In this document: positions 27,646 through 36,510 of the stretch, piece by piece
Position numbering within the stretch: the stretch's first letter is position 1
Layout of the letters: each line of letters opens with the position of its first letter
NCBI GenBank assembly: GCA_964600575.1
Contig: CAZRJH010000001.1
Coordinates: 28,651-92,650 of the forward strand
Origin: an uncultured Gammaproteobacteria bacterium
GTDB lineage: Bacteria; Patescibacteriota; Microgenomatia; UBA8517
Direction: 5' to 3'
DNA: 64,000 bases
Position numbers and translations under genes: made by a program
Notes under the pieces: generated by a model
Told to the model about the DNA's origin: nothing
Databases searched by the model: none
Seen by the model: only the letters and a program-made list of their open reading frames with translations

Positions 27646-29892
27646 ATGAAAAGAGTTAAAAATCCCGAAGTTTCTATAATAATTGTCCATTACGGTGCAG
27701 ACAAAGAAGTCTTTGTTACACTCAAGGCTTTGGATAAAATCCGACGCAAAACAAATAAAGTAGAATTTTTGTTTGTTGATAACGAAGAAATTAAAAAGTC
27801 CGGCAAGTTAGTAAAAAGAGACTATAAATGGATTAAATATCTCGATCCCGTTAAAAATTTGGGCTTCGGAGGAGGAAGGAACTTTGCCGCTAAATTTGCA
27901 AAAGGAGAATATCTTCTGATGTTGGATTCAGATGTCGTTATAGAAAAAAAAGCATTTTCTAAGATACTAAGTTTTATTAAATCCAGAAAAAACGCAGGTA
28001 TTGTTTCCCCCAGGCTAACAAATATTTCCGGTAAATTTACACCCAGTGCAACCAAGGAGTTAACTCCGCTGATAGGAGTTTTGTATTTATCGTTTGTAAA
28101 CAAATATTTTGGAACTTTACCACCAATCCGCCATTATTTGTTAAAAGGTTGGGACAGGAAAAATACCAGGCCTGTTGAAGTTGCGCAGTTGGGTGCTTTT
28201 GTTATTCGTAAAAGCGACTTTGAAAAAGTTGGGGGGTTTGATCCGGAAATGTTTTTATATTTCGAAGAAAACGACCTAGCCAAAAAAATTCAAAGATTAT
28301 CAAAAAAAGTTTATTTGATAGGAGAGGTAGAGGTAGTACATTTAGAATCAAAAGGCACTCCAAAATCTTCCGAGAGGATACAAAATATTTTCAAAAAAAG
28401 CAGAAGACGGTATTTTTCTAAGTACTACGGTTATCTAAATGCTTTAGTAGTCGAACTGTTTTGCTCAGTAAACAAATATAGTTTATTGTTTTTAGCGATT
28501 TTAATACTTGGATCTTTTTTGAGATTCTACAAGGTTGAACAAAATCTGATTTTTAACGGTGAAATGGGGTATGATTACACTGTTATAAAATCATATGTAG
28601 AACAGGGTAAGCTTCCGCTTTTGGGTCCGAGAACTTCACATGAATGGTTTTTTATAGGACCTTTGTTCTACTGGATGTTTCAGGTTTTAATGCCTTTGTT
28701 TGAGTTTAAGGTGGAAACAGGTGCATATTTTTTTGCTCTGGTTTGTGCTTTGGGAATATGGGTATGTTATGTAGTAGTTAAAAAGTTGATGGATGAAAAG
28801 GTTGCATTAATAAGTTCGTATTTAATGGCTATTTCACCTCTTTGGGTAGGGTTGGCTAGAGACGCAAGATTCAACGCGTTTACGGCAATTTTGTTTTTCC
28901 CTTACTTGTGGTTGGTAAATAAATCAATAGTGGATAACGGCAAAAGCTTATTTTGGCTTGGCTTAACCTTAGGGGTTATGTTTAGTTTTTTCCCCAGCCC
29001 TATTCTATTGATACCGGGAGCCTTAGCGGTGCTGTTTTTGTACGGTAAAAAAATAGAACAAAAAAAATACCTCAATGCTTTTTTCGGGTTTTTGATACCT
29101 AATACACCGTACTTGATTTATAACGCCACTCACGGTTTCAAAATCGTTACAGATTTAATTTCCTGGATTCCTTACAGAATATTGGGGTTTGTTGGGCTTT
29201 ATCCAAAAAATAATGCGAATGTATCCATAGTCTCTTCCAACTTCACAGGTCTATTTAGATTTTTTGAAAGTTCTTTTTTTAACGAAAGTAATATTTCTAC
29301 GATGTTATTCACATTTGCCCTATTTTTATTTTCTGTTTACGGTTTTATAAAACACAACAAGATTCGCCCTTTATTAATAGTTGCTTTAGTAAGTTATTTT
29401 GGATTGTTTTTACACGGAAACCCGCCCTCTCATTATTATTTAGTTATATACCCCATACCGTTGATACTGGGTGCTTATTTTTTGAACAAGATTTTAAATA
29501 AAAGTTTTGTAGTAGGAACATTTATATTAATGTTTATAAGTTTTTCGTCCTTTGTTTTTTTCTTCTCCGATAAGTGGTTTTTTGTTAGAACGGATAAAGT
29601 CTCTGATGATATTAATTTTGTTCCCTTTAGATTACAAAAAGAAGTTGTAATGTATATTTCTAAAGATGCGAATGGTCGACCATTCGAACTTAGAAGAGTT
29701 GGCCCTCTTGATCATTTTCGCGAAGATTTTTCACTTCATTACCGATATCTTTTAAAATTGGAAGGTGCCTCAGTCGTAAATGGTTCTAGTTTAATATATA
29801 CAATTTACGAAGACACAGGAGCGATCCCAAAGAACTTGAATACTAAGTGGATATCCAACTTAGCTATTACTAAATATGAAGAAAAAAATTGA
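27646..29892 (+). CDS. fusion of a GT2 glycosyltransferase domain with a large polytopic GT-C-like (ArnT/PMT-type) membrane domain; start placed at 'MKRVKNPEVSIIIVHYG'
   Basis: N-terminal 'VSIIIVHYGADKE...FLFVDNEE...GGGRNFAAKFAKGEYLLMLDSD' is a GT2 domain, followed by about 13 TM helices. Confidence 0.65.
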   Translation: MKRVKNPEVSIIIVHYGADKEVFVTLKALDKIRRKTNKVEFLFVDNEEIKKSGKLVKRDYKWIKYLDPVKNLGFGGGRNFAAKFAKGEYLLMLDSDVVIEKKAFSKILSFIKSRKNAGIVSPRLTNISGKFTPSATKELTPLIGVLYLSFVNKYFGTLPPIRHYLLKGWDRKNTRPVEVAQLGAFVIRKSDFEKVGGFDPEMFLYFEENDLAKKIQRLSKKVYLIGEVEVVHLESKGTPKSSERIQNIFKKSRRRYFSKYYGYLNALVVELFCSVNKYSLLFLAILILGSFLRFYKVEQNLIFNGEMGYDYTVIKSYVEQGKLPLLGPRTSHEWFFIGPLFYWMFQVLMPLFEFKVETGAYFFALVCALGIWVCYVVVKKLMDEKVALISSYLMAISPLWVGLARDARFNAFTAILFFPYLWLVNKSIVDNGKSLFWLGLTLGVMFSFFPSPILLIPGALAVLFLYGKKIEQKKYLNAFFGFLIPNTPYLIYNATHGFKIVTDLISWIPYRILGFVGLYPKNNANVSIVSSNFTGLFRFFESSFFNESNISTMLFTFALFLFSVYGFIKHNKIRPLLIVALVSYFGLFLHGNPPSHYYLVIYPIPLILGAYFLNKILNKSFVVGTFILMFISFSSFVFFFSDKWFFVRTDKVSDDINFVPFRLQKEVVMYISKDANGRPFELRRVGPLDHFREDFSLHYRYLLKLEGASVVNGSSLIYTIYEDTGAIPKNLNTKWISNLAITKYEEKN

Positions 29893-30454
29893 AATAATAA
29901 CCCTAAATAAAAAAAATATTAGAGATTTTGCTAAAGAGAGAAATTCACTTCTAAAGAAGAGTGAATCAGAATGGGTTTTTTTTAAAGATAAAGACGAAGT
30001 GATATCCAAAAAATTGAATAATGAAATCAAAAAAGCAATAAAGAGCAAAGATTTTGACGGTTATTTCGTAGTTAGGGAAAATTATCTTTTTGGCAAACCT
30101 GCAGGTAAAGATAGGATTTTAAGACTTGGCAAAAGAAAATCCGGAAAGTGGGTTCGGGCGGTGCACGAAACCTGGGTTATAAGTGGTAATGTCGGGGTTT
30201 TAAAAAATACACTGAGTCACCAGATTAACGATAATATTTACCAAATTGTAGACAAGTTAAACAAATATACGGACATCCATGCCGCTGAAAATGAAAAAGA
30301 AGGCAAGAGGTCCTCGCTAATTAAAATATTGTTGTATCCTGCGGCAAAATTTGTCCAAAGTATGATACTTGGAAGAGGATTTGCAATGAGCGTGATACAA
30401 TCTTTTCATTCATTTCTATCATGGTTAAAATTATGGAGTTTGCAAAAAGACTAA
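29876..30454 (+). CDS. GT2 (KdtX/WaaE-type) glycosyltransferase lacking the N-terminal nucleotide-binding half; possibly degenerate
   Basis: 'FVVRENYLFGKPAGKDRILRLGKRKSGKWVRAVHETWVISGNVGVLKNTLSH...VDKLNKYTDIHA' matches the C-terminal half of small GT2 enzymes. Only a vestigial 'FFKDKDEVIS' (DxD-like) precedes it. 17-nt overlap with the upstream gene. Confidence 0.45.
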   Translation: MKKKIEIITLNKKNIRDFAKERNSLLKKSESEWVFFKDKDEVISKKLNNEIKKAIKSKDFDGYFVVRENYLFGKPAGKDRILRLGKRKSGKWVRAVHETWVISGNVGVLKNTLSHQINDNIYQIVDKLNKYTDIHAAENEKEGKRSSLIKILLYPAAKFVQSMILGRGFAMSVIQSFHSFLSWLKLWSLQKD

Positions 30455-31563
30455 GCAAGGAAAATATATTTATTTTTCTATTCCTTTTGGCATTCCCATT
30501 TGGGCAGATTATAAAAGTAGGCAACCTTAACCCGATAGATGCTGTTGTTTTTTTTGGAGCAATAACGGCTGTTGTCAGTGGCTACAAAAGGCCTCACATA
30601 TTCACCTATTTCAACAACTTTATTTTTGTTGCGTTAGCAACTTGGATATTTTCTTTTTTCGTTTTTTATTCTAGTAGTGTTATATACGGATTGTTTTATT
30701 TGGCAAGACTCGCTTCGTATTTTTACTTTTTATTGTACTTACTAAATTTTGTCAGTCTTAACCCAAAACATAAAGGTATTTTAAAAAATTCTTTGCTGGC
30801 GGTTTCTGTTACTTCCGCAATTTTTGGTTGGATTCAATTTTTTTGGATACCTGATATCAAACCTTTTTTTACATACGGTTGGGACGAGCATCTTTTTAGG
30901 CTGGTCGGGACATTTCTAGACCCTACATTTTTGGGGTTAATTATTGTACTTGGACTACTAATTGCTTTTTCCAAAAAGAAAAGGTTGATTAGTTTGTTTT
31001 TGTTTGTTTCTTTGGCTTTTACATATTCCCGAGCAAGTTATTTGGCACTTTTTGTCGGTCTTGCTTATCTGGCTTTTGTCAAAAAGAGAATATTGACTTT
31101 TGCCGTGCCATTTATTGCTTTGATAATAATTGCGTTAGCCTTGCCTACTTCAAAAAACCACAGCATAGAATTCTTTAGAACTTTTTCTGCTATCGCCAGA
31201 GTCGAAAATTACAAAACTACATTAGAAATTATTAAAAAGTCACCTATTTTTGGTATAGGTTATAACAATATGTGTTTGGCTTACAATAAATTTGTAGGGT
31301 ATCAGTCTTTATCGTCACATGCGTGTTCAGGATCCGATTCGAGTGTGCTTTTAATCACTGCCACAATGGGACTTTCGGGTCTCTTTTCTTTTTTAACGCT
31401 GGCAAATATTCTGTGGAAAAATTTGGAAGATCTAACAGCAAAGGCTATGATGATTTCTTTGGCAACTCATTCACTTTTTTCTAACTCTCTTTTTTACCCT
31501 TGGGTTTTGGGTTTTTTGATTTGTTACCTTTCTATTTATTTAGGAAACAAAGTGAAGAGTTAA
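30421..31563 (+). CDS. O-antigen ligase/polymerase-like membrane protein (Wzy_C family)
   Basis: About 10-12 TM helices with a central periplasmic loop; 'FTYSRASYLALFVGLAYL' region resembles the Wzy_C core. Confidence 0.55.
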   Translation: MVKIMEFAKRLSKENIFIFLFLLAFPFGQIIKVGNLNPIDAVVFFGAITAVVSGYKRPHIFTYFNNFIFVALATWIFSFFVFYSSSVIYGLFYLARLASYFYFLLYLLNFVSLNPKHKGILKNSLLAVSVTSAIFGWIQFFWIPDIKPFFTYGWDEHLFRLVGTFLDPTFLGLIIVLGLLIAFSKKKRLISLFLFVSLAFTYSRASYLALFVGLAYLAFVKKRILTFAVPFIALIIIALALPTSKNHSIEFFRTFSAIARVENYKTTLEIIKKSPIFGIGYNNMCLAYNKFVGYQSLSSHACSGSDSSVLLITATMGLSGLFSFLTLANILWKNLEDLTAKAMMISLATHSLFSNSLFYPWVLGFLICYLSIYLGNKVKS

Positions 31564-32256
31564 AGTAACGGAGGTTGTGTTACCCGCCTTGTCGGTCGAT
31601 TTTACTTCGAATTTGTTCTCTCCGTCTGTTAGAGAAGTGGTAAATTGAAACTTGCCGCTATCGTCAACCGAAACAAATCTGTCGTTTACAGTAATTTGAG
31701 TGCCTGACTCGGTTGTTCCTTGCAAAGTAACTTGTCTTTGTTTAGTGCCAATAAACTGGGCACCATCTTGTGGGCTATCTATCGTTAGTACGGGCTGGGT
31801 TTTGTCGAATATAATTAGAATTGCCTGAGTTTCCTGGCTCACATTGTTAGCAGTATCAACAGCAGTTGCAGAAAAAGTATTCTCTCCTTCGTTAAGATTT
31901 ACAGTAAAGCTGAAGCGACCGTCTTTGTCGGTTAAAGTTTCTTGTAAAGCTCCATTGAGGGTTAATTTAATATTTGCACCCGCCTCCGAGTTGCCCGAAA
32001 CATCTAGGGTTTGGCTATTTGTAAAGTCGGGAAGTGTGCTAAATCTTGGTGGAGCCGGAGGTGTTTTATCGTTTTGTGTAATAGCTTTACCGCTTTTTCC
32101 AAGATCTGACACAAATGCGGCAAATCTACCCAAAACAGGTATGCCGTAAAAAAACAGAAGTACAAGTGTTGTTATCGACACCAAAACCAAAGTAACGGCT
32201 TTTTTAATATTATTTTTCTCTTCTACCTTTTCTAGGCGTGAGTAATTTCTTCTCAT
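31540..32256 (-). CDS. membrane-anchored protein with two bacterial Ig-like repeats
   Basis: N-terminal TM. Repeats 'TLNGALQETLTDKDGRFSFTVNLNEGENTFSATAVDTANNVS' and 'TVNDRFVSVDDSGKFQFTTSLTDGENKFEVKSTDKAGNTTS'. Confidence 0.55.
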   Translation of the reverse strand: MRRNYSRLEKVEEKNNIKKAVTLVLVSITTLVLLFFYGIPVLGRFAAFVSDLGKSGKAITQNDKTPPAPPRFSTLPDFTNSQTLDVSGNSEAGANIKLTLNGALQETLTDKDGRFSFTVNLNEGENTFSATAVDTANNVSQETQAILIIFDKTQPVLTIDSPQDGAQFIGTKQRQVTLQGTTESGTQITVNDRFVSVDDSGKFQFTTSLTDGENKFEVKSTDKAGNTTSVTLTLHFVS

Positions 32257-32290
32257 TTTCTAAGCCAGTATATCAAATAAGTCAAAAGTT

Positions 32291-32355
32291 GGAGCCAAGA
32301 GTGGGGATCGAACCCACGACCTGCGGTTTACGATACCGCCGCTCTACCAACTGAG
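32291..32355 (-). tRNA. tRNA-Thr (anticodon CGT)
   Basis: Minus-strand cloverleaf: acceptor GCCAAGA/TCTTGGC, D arm GCTC-AGTTGGTA-GAGC, anticodon stem GCGGT/ACCGC with loop ATCGTAA (CGT), T arm GTGGG-TTCGATC-CCCAC. CCA appears encoded. Confidence 0.8.
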
Positions 32356-32433
32356 CTATCTTGGCGCTTCTAACCAAAATTGCAAGCAATTTTGTGCGGA
32401 GACGGAATTATAGCATCCAAAACAGATTTATCA

Positions 32434-33153
32434 TTAATACCCTGTGAATTTTTCCGTGCGGATTCTATCGTCTTTTATACCTATTTTTACAACCAATTCT
32501 TCCATTGCATCTATCATCCCCGGAGGGCCGCAAAGCCAATATGTAGGGTTGTCTAACCCTTCTGCCGCTTTTTTAATCAAGTCCTCATCAACTCTGCCAG
32601 TCAAACCCGACCATTTATTCTTGCTTTCTTCGGGATGGCTAACGGTTACAAAAAGTTTTAGGTTAGGCCACATCTTTGCCCACTCGTTAAACTCCTCGTA
32701 AAAAGCAATTTCTTCGGGGATGGAGTTTGAATAAACTAATGCTATTTTTGTATCTAGGTTTTTATCGATTGCGTATTTGATCATGCTTCTAAATGGGGTT
32801 ACGCCAATTCCTCCCGCAACAAAAACATTATCTCCTGACTCTTTTTCGTCCAAAACAAAAGTTCCGTTTGGGCCTTCTGCCTCTATAACCTGTCCGACTT
32901 TGTAAGTGTTAAGAGTTTGTTTGTATCCCGACTCTTTACGTATTCTTGTGGTTAACCTTAAAAGTCCGTCTTCCGAAGGAGAGGAGGAGGTGGTGAAATG
33001 TCTTGTTGCTCCTCTTGGGTCGGGGAATTTGAGTTTCGGGATAGTAAAATAAAAATACTGCCCGGCAATCCAATCGACTTTTTTTTGTGGTTCCCAAAAA
33101 AAAGATTTGGTTCCCTTTGCATCCTCGGTTATCTTTACCAACTTTAATTTCAT
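32434..33153 (-). CDS. FNR-family FAD/NAD(P)-binding oxidoreductase
   Basis: 'RHFTTSS' (RxYS-like FAD motif), 'VAGGIGVTPFRSM', 'YWLCGPPGMIDAM'. Confidence 0.75.
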   Translation of the reverse strand: MKLKLVKITEDAKGTKSFFWEPQKKVDWIAGQYFYFTIPKLKFPDPRGATRHFTTSSSPSEDGLLRLTTRIRKESGYKQTLNTYKVGQVIEAEGPNGTFVLDEKESGDNVFVAGGIGVTPFRSMIKYAIDKNLDTKIALVYSNSIPEEIAFYEEFNEWAKMWPNLKLFVTVSHPEESKNKWSGLTGRVDEDLIKKAAEGLDNPTYWLCGPPGMIDAMEELVVKIGIKDDRIRTEKFTGY

Positions 33154-33177
33154 CGCTTAATATTATACACTCGATTT

Positions 33178-33360
33178 ATGTGTTTTAACTGCGGTTGCGG
33201 AATTCCTAACGATCCTATGGGTAAGGGTAAAGTCACGGAAGGAGGCGCCAGTTTAACGGAAGATGATATCAAAATAATGTCCGAAAAATGGGGTATAAGT
33301 GTGGATGAATCAAAAAAGAATATTTTGGATTTATTATCTTCTCAACTAAAGTCTAAATAA
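33178..33360 (+). CDS. hypothetical small protein with N-terminal 'CFNCGCG' cysteine cluster
   Basis: 60-aa ORF divergent from the FNR-like gene; no family recognised. Confidence 0.3.
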   Translation: MCFNCGCGIPNDPMGKGKVTEGGASLTEDDIKIMSEKWGISVDESKKNILDLLSSQLKSK

Positions 33361-33506
33361 TTATCTCCTTTTATCCTTAATGCCCAACTGATTCATGCGA
33401 TTTAGGGCGTCCTCTCTTTTTTTGTATGGACCACCCAAGTGAATTTTGGAATGTCGACCAATAACATAATAACCTTCTTTCCTCTTGATGATCACATTTT
33501 AGTATA

Positions 33507-34781
33507 TCAGTCCAAAACCTGATTTCTCACAAAATCGTTAAGCCCGTTTCGACTAATTGTATTCAGAGATTTTATGGGGGTTGTAAACTGCCCGACCACA
33601 AATTCTCTTATGGTAAGATTCTCATTTCTAATTAAACTGCGACTATCCGCGTAAAACTGAAAAAGTGTTAGCACATTCCAAACAAAGATTACCAAGAAAA
33701 CAACCGCGCTTTTTTTGAAACTCCATTTTTTTATAAGGCTGCACATTCCAAATGTAAAATATGGTGCCCCCGAAATTACAAATCTTTGCCCGAATCCCGC
33801 AGAGGTATTAGCCGACCAAAACGAACAAACAAGAAATAAAGCAGAAAGTGCTATTAAATATAGATACTTTTTGGATTTATAAAGTCCAACCAAACTTAAA
33901 AGATATATTGGTGTCCATATAAACAGACCTCGTTTTGCCGAAAGAAAAAATTCCGCTATTTTATAAAATGCCACAGTAAAGTTTCCGCTAGCACCGGTAA
34001 TATACGGGGAACTTAAAACACTTCCGTACATTAAGTAATAACTAGCAAAAAGCGGAGCAGAAAATAAAATCGCACCCAAGGGAGCCATAATAAAGTGATC
34101 CCATTTTGGTTTTGATTTTAGCAAATTGTAATAAACGGGAACCAAAAGAATTACATCGGCAAGCCTGGTCATAAAAAGCACCCCGCTTAAAGCACCAATT
34201 ATAAAATAGTTCAAAAATTTATCTTCGGGTTTTTGTGATTTATATAGAAGATAGGCAACAATAAAAAAAGCCGGTTGATGTGATAAAGCCGGCTCTAAAG
34301 AAGCGTAGTAAAAAAGATTAGAACAAACAAAAAACAGAATACTTCCCCAATTTGCAATGTTTTTTTTAAAGAAGAACTCTAGATATTTTTGAGTGTAGTA
34401 AAGTCCTGCTACGGCAAACAAAATGCCAGTTATTCCGGGTCCGATTTCCAACAAGACACTAAATCTATCTTGAATAAATAAATTAATTATATAAACCGAA
34501 GGAATCCATAAGATACCCGTTCCTATAGGGAAAGGGTTTTTATAAATTCCCAGTGGGCCCAAAGAAGCATTCCAGAAAACCCTGCTAAAAGTATATTTTG
34601 GACCTTGGAAGCTTTCCAGATATTCGTAAATTGGTCCGAAATCTAAACTTTTTTCGAAAATAATAGAGTGCGTGTAACTGTAAAAACCGTTACCGTCTCC
34701 ATATATTCCATGACCCGAAACAATTAGGTGAAGAATAAAAATAAAAAAGCAGGCGATAAATATGAAAAAATATTTCTTCAA
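33507..34781 (-). CDS. polytopic membrane protein, possibly GT-C-like glycosyltransferase (unknown function)
   Basis: 424 aa with about 11 TM helices; no catalytic motif recognised. Confidence 0.4.
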   Translation of the reverse strand: MKKYFFIFIACFFIFILHLIVSGHGIYGDGNGFYSYTHSIIFEKSLDFGPIYEYLESFQGPKYTFSRVFWNASLGPLGIYKNPFPIGTGILWIPSVYIINLFIQDRFSVLLEIGPGITGILFAVAGLYYTQKYLEFFFKKNIANWGSILFFVCSNLFYYASLEPALSHQPAFFIVAYLLYKSQKPEDKFLNYFIIGALSGVLFMTRLADVILLVPVYYNLLKSKPKWDHFIMAPLGAILFSAPLFASYYLMYGSVLSSPYITGASGNFTVAFYKIAEFFLSAKRGLFIWTPIYLLSLVGLYKSKKYLYLIALSALFLVCSFWSANTSAGFGQRFVISGAPYFTFGMCSLIKKWSFKKSAVVFLVIFVWNVLTLFQFYADSRSLIRNENLTIREFVVGQFTTPIKSLNTISRNGLNDFVRNQVLD

Positions 34782-35128
34782 GATTTTTTAGCCTTACTTT
34801 CTTTTTGGATCATATTCCAATGATATTTATACAAGGGAACACCGACCAATAACATCGAAAGTGCAGTAGAAACTTGACGTTGTCTTTGTCGTTCGGTTTC
34901 CTTTTCCTGAATTCTTTTTTGTTCGGCCAGCTCTTCGTCGGTCAGTTTTGTTTCCTTTCCATCCGGAGTATATTTTACCGGGGTTGCGTAGTTGTCGTAT
35001 CGGTCTGCCCCCTGGAATAAGTAAACTTTAATGCCCAGATCAACAAGCTGAATTGCACCAATCACCGCGATAAGAAGACCTATAAAAGAAAAAAGGTAAA
35101 GATACAAAAGTCTGATGGAGAACTTCAT
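34778..35128 (-). CDS. hypothetical membrane protein (2 TM + charged 'EKETERQRQRQ' segment)
   Basis: 116-aa ORF, 4-nt overlap with the downstream gene. Confidence 0.35.
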   Translation of the reverse strand: MKFSIRLLYLYLFSFIGLLIAVIGAIQLVDLGIKVYLFQGADRYDNYATPVKYTPDGKETKLTDEELAEQKRIQEKETERQRQRQVSTALSMLLVGVPLYKYHWNMIQKESKAKKS

Positions 35129-35149
35129 ACAATACTAGTATAGCAAAAA

Positions 35150-36136
35150 TTGTATAATTCATTAAATATGTCGAATTTTTGGCAAAAATTAACCAAACCG
35201 TTTACCGTTCTCGCCCCCATGGACGATGTTACGGACAATGTTTTTAGGCAAATAATATTATCAGCCGCAAGACCTGATGTGTTTTTCACCGAATTCACAA
35301 GTGCGGACGGGCTTGTTTACAATAGCCATGGGGTTCCAAGGAGAAAATTAACCTTTACAGAAGAACAAAGGCCAATTGTTGCCCAAATCTGGGGAAACAA
35401 TGCCGAAAACATGGGTAAGGCTACAAAAATCGTGAGAGATTTGGGTTTTGATGGCATAGATATAAATATGGGTTGCCCGGTGCGGGAAGTTGTTAAAGCA
35501 AAGGCGGGTGCAGGTTTAATTGGTGAATACGAATTGGCGGGAAAGGTAATTAGAGCCGTAAAAACAAATTCGGGAGATTTGCCAGTTTCTGTTAAAACAA
35601 GGTTGGGAATTAATACAAATATTGCTGCGGATTGGATAAAGTTTTTATTGGAACAGGATTTGCCAGTCATTACCCTTCACGCAAGAACAGCCAAACAGAT
35701 GTCAAAAGTGCCTGCAAACTGGGACGAAATCGGAAAAATAGTTGAGCTAAAAAACAATATTTCTCCCAACACTTTAATCATTGGTAACGGTGATGTAAAA
35801 AATTACCCGACCGTTTTAGATTTTCATGAAAAATATAATATTGATGGGGTAATGATAGGTAGAGGAATTTTTGACAATCCTTGGGTGTTTGATAAGACAG
35901 ATCAAACCAGATCTGTAAAAGACCATTTTGATCTCATGGAGAAGCACATAAATTTATTCGAAAATATTTGGGGCGATTCAAAAAATTTTGCAATTCTAAA
36001 AAAGTTTTTCAAAATTTACATAAAAGACTTTAGGGGTGCGGCTGAGCTGAGGCAGGAGTTTATGGAAAGCAAAGACAAAGATGAAATAAAGAGTTTAATG
36101 GAAAAATTTAGAGCTACCGCGATTTTTGAGACCTAG
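35150..36136 (+). CDS. dus: tRNA-dihydrouridine synthase
   Basis: 'LAPMDDVTDNVFRQI', 'FDGIDINMGCPVREVVKAKAGAGL' (catalytic Cys), 'SVKTRLG'. Confidence 0.85.
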   Translation: MYNSLNMSNFWQKLTKPFTVLAPMDDVTDNVFRQIILSAARPDVFFTEFTSADGLVYNSHGVPRRKLTFTEEQRPIVAQIWGNNAENMGKATKIVRDLGFDGIDINMGCPVREVVKAKAGAGLIGEYELAGKVIRAVKTNSGDLPVSVKTRLGINTNIAADWIKFLLEQDLPVITLHARTAKQMSKVPANWDEIGKIVELKNNISPNTLIIGNGDVKNYPTVLDFHEKYNIDGVMIGRGIFDNPWVFDKTDQTRSVKDHFDLMEKHINLFENIWGDSKNFAILKKFFKIYIKDFRGAAELRQEFMESKDKDEIKSLMEKFRATAIFET

Positions 36137-36164
36137 TCCCGAAAAGTCGCGGTAGCATTTAAGG

Positions 36165-36416
36165 CTACTTGGTTTTGTAAAGCAGGAAGCCAAGGACGCC
36201 GATGGCGATAATGTCGAGCCAGGCAAAGCTTCCGGCCGCGATATGGTAGGACCCGCCGTTGAGCAATGCGCCGATGACGCCGATGGTCAGGCCGCCGCAG
36301 ATGCTGAGAACGAACAGGACCCCCAGAGGGATGAGCCCGTGCCACCATGGCCGGCCTGTGTCGCGATAGCGCAAGCAGAGCCAAACGGTGAGTGCAATCT
36401 CTATTACAAGTAACAT
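36165..36416 (-). CDS. small 2-TM membrane protein encoded in a ~280-bp GC-rich (~58%) patch
   Basis: 83 aa: 'MLLVIEIALTVWLCLRYRDTGRPWWHGLIPLGVLFVL...AAGSFAWLDIIAIGVLGFLLYKTK'. Base composition differs sharply from neighbours. Confidence 0.5.
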   Translation of the reverse strand: MLLVIEIALTVWLCLRYRDTGRPWWHGLIPLGVLFVLSICGGLTIGVIGALLNGGSYHIAAGSFAWLDIIAIGVLGFLLYKTK

Positions 36417-36510
36417 TGTTCACTCCTAGGGTGATTTTGATGTGCCGTCTTATGAAAAGACAGGAAATTCTATCATACCAACCTTGTTTTGGTGCTAGAA
36501 TGGGAAAATT

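Noticed and set aside
33361-33495. 44-codon minus-strand ORF (GTG start) encoding '...KEGYYVIGRHSKIHLGGPYKKREDALNRMNQLG'
   Set aside because: It is below the ORF-track threshold, has no clear RBS, and no confidently recognised family. It could be a real small basic protein but is unsupported.
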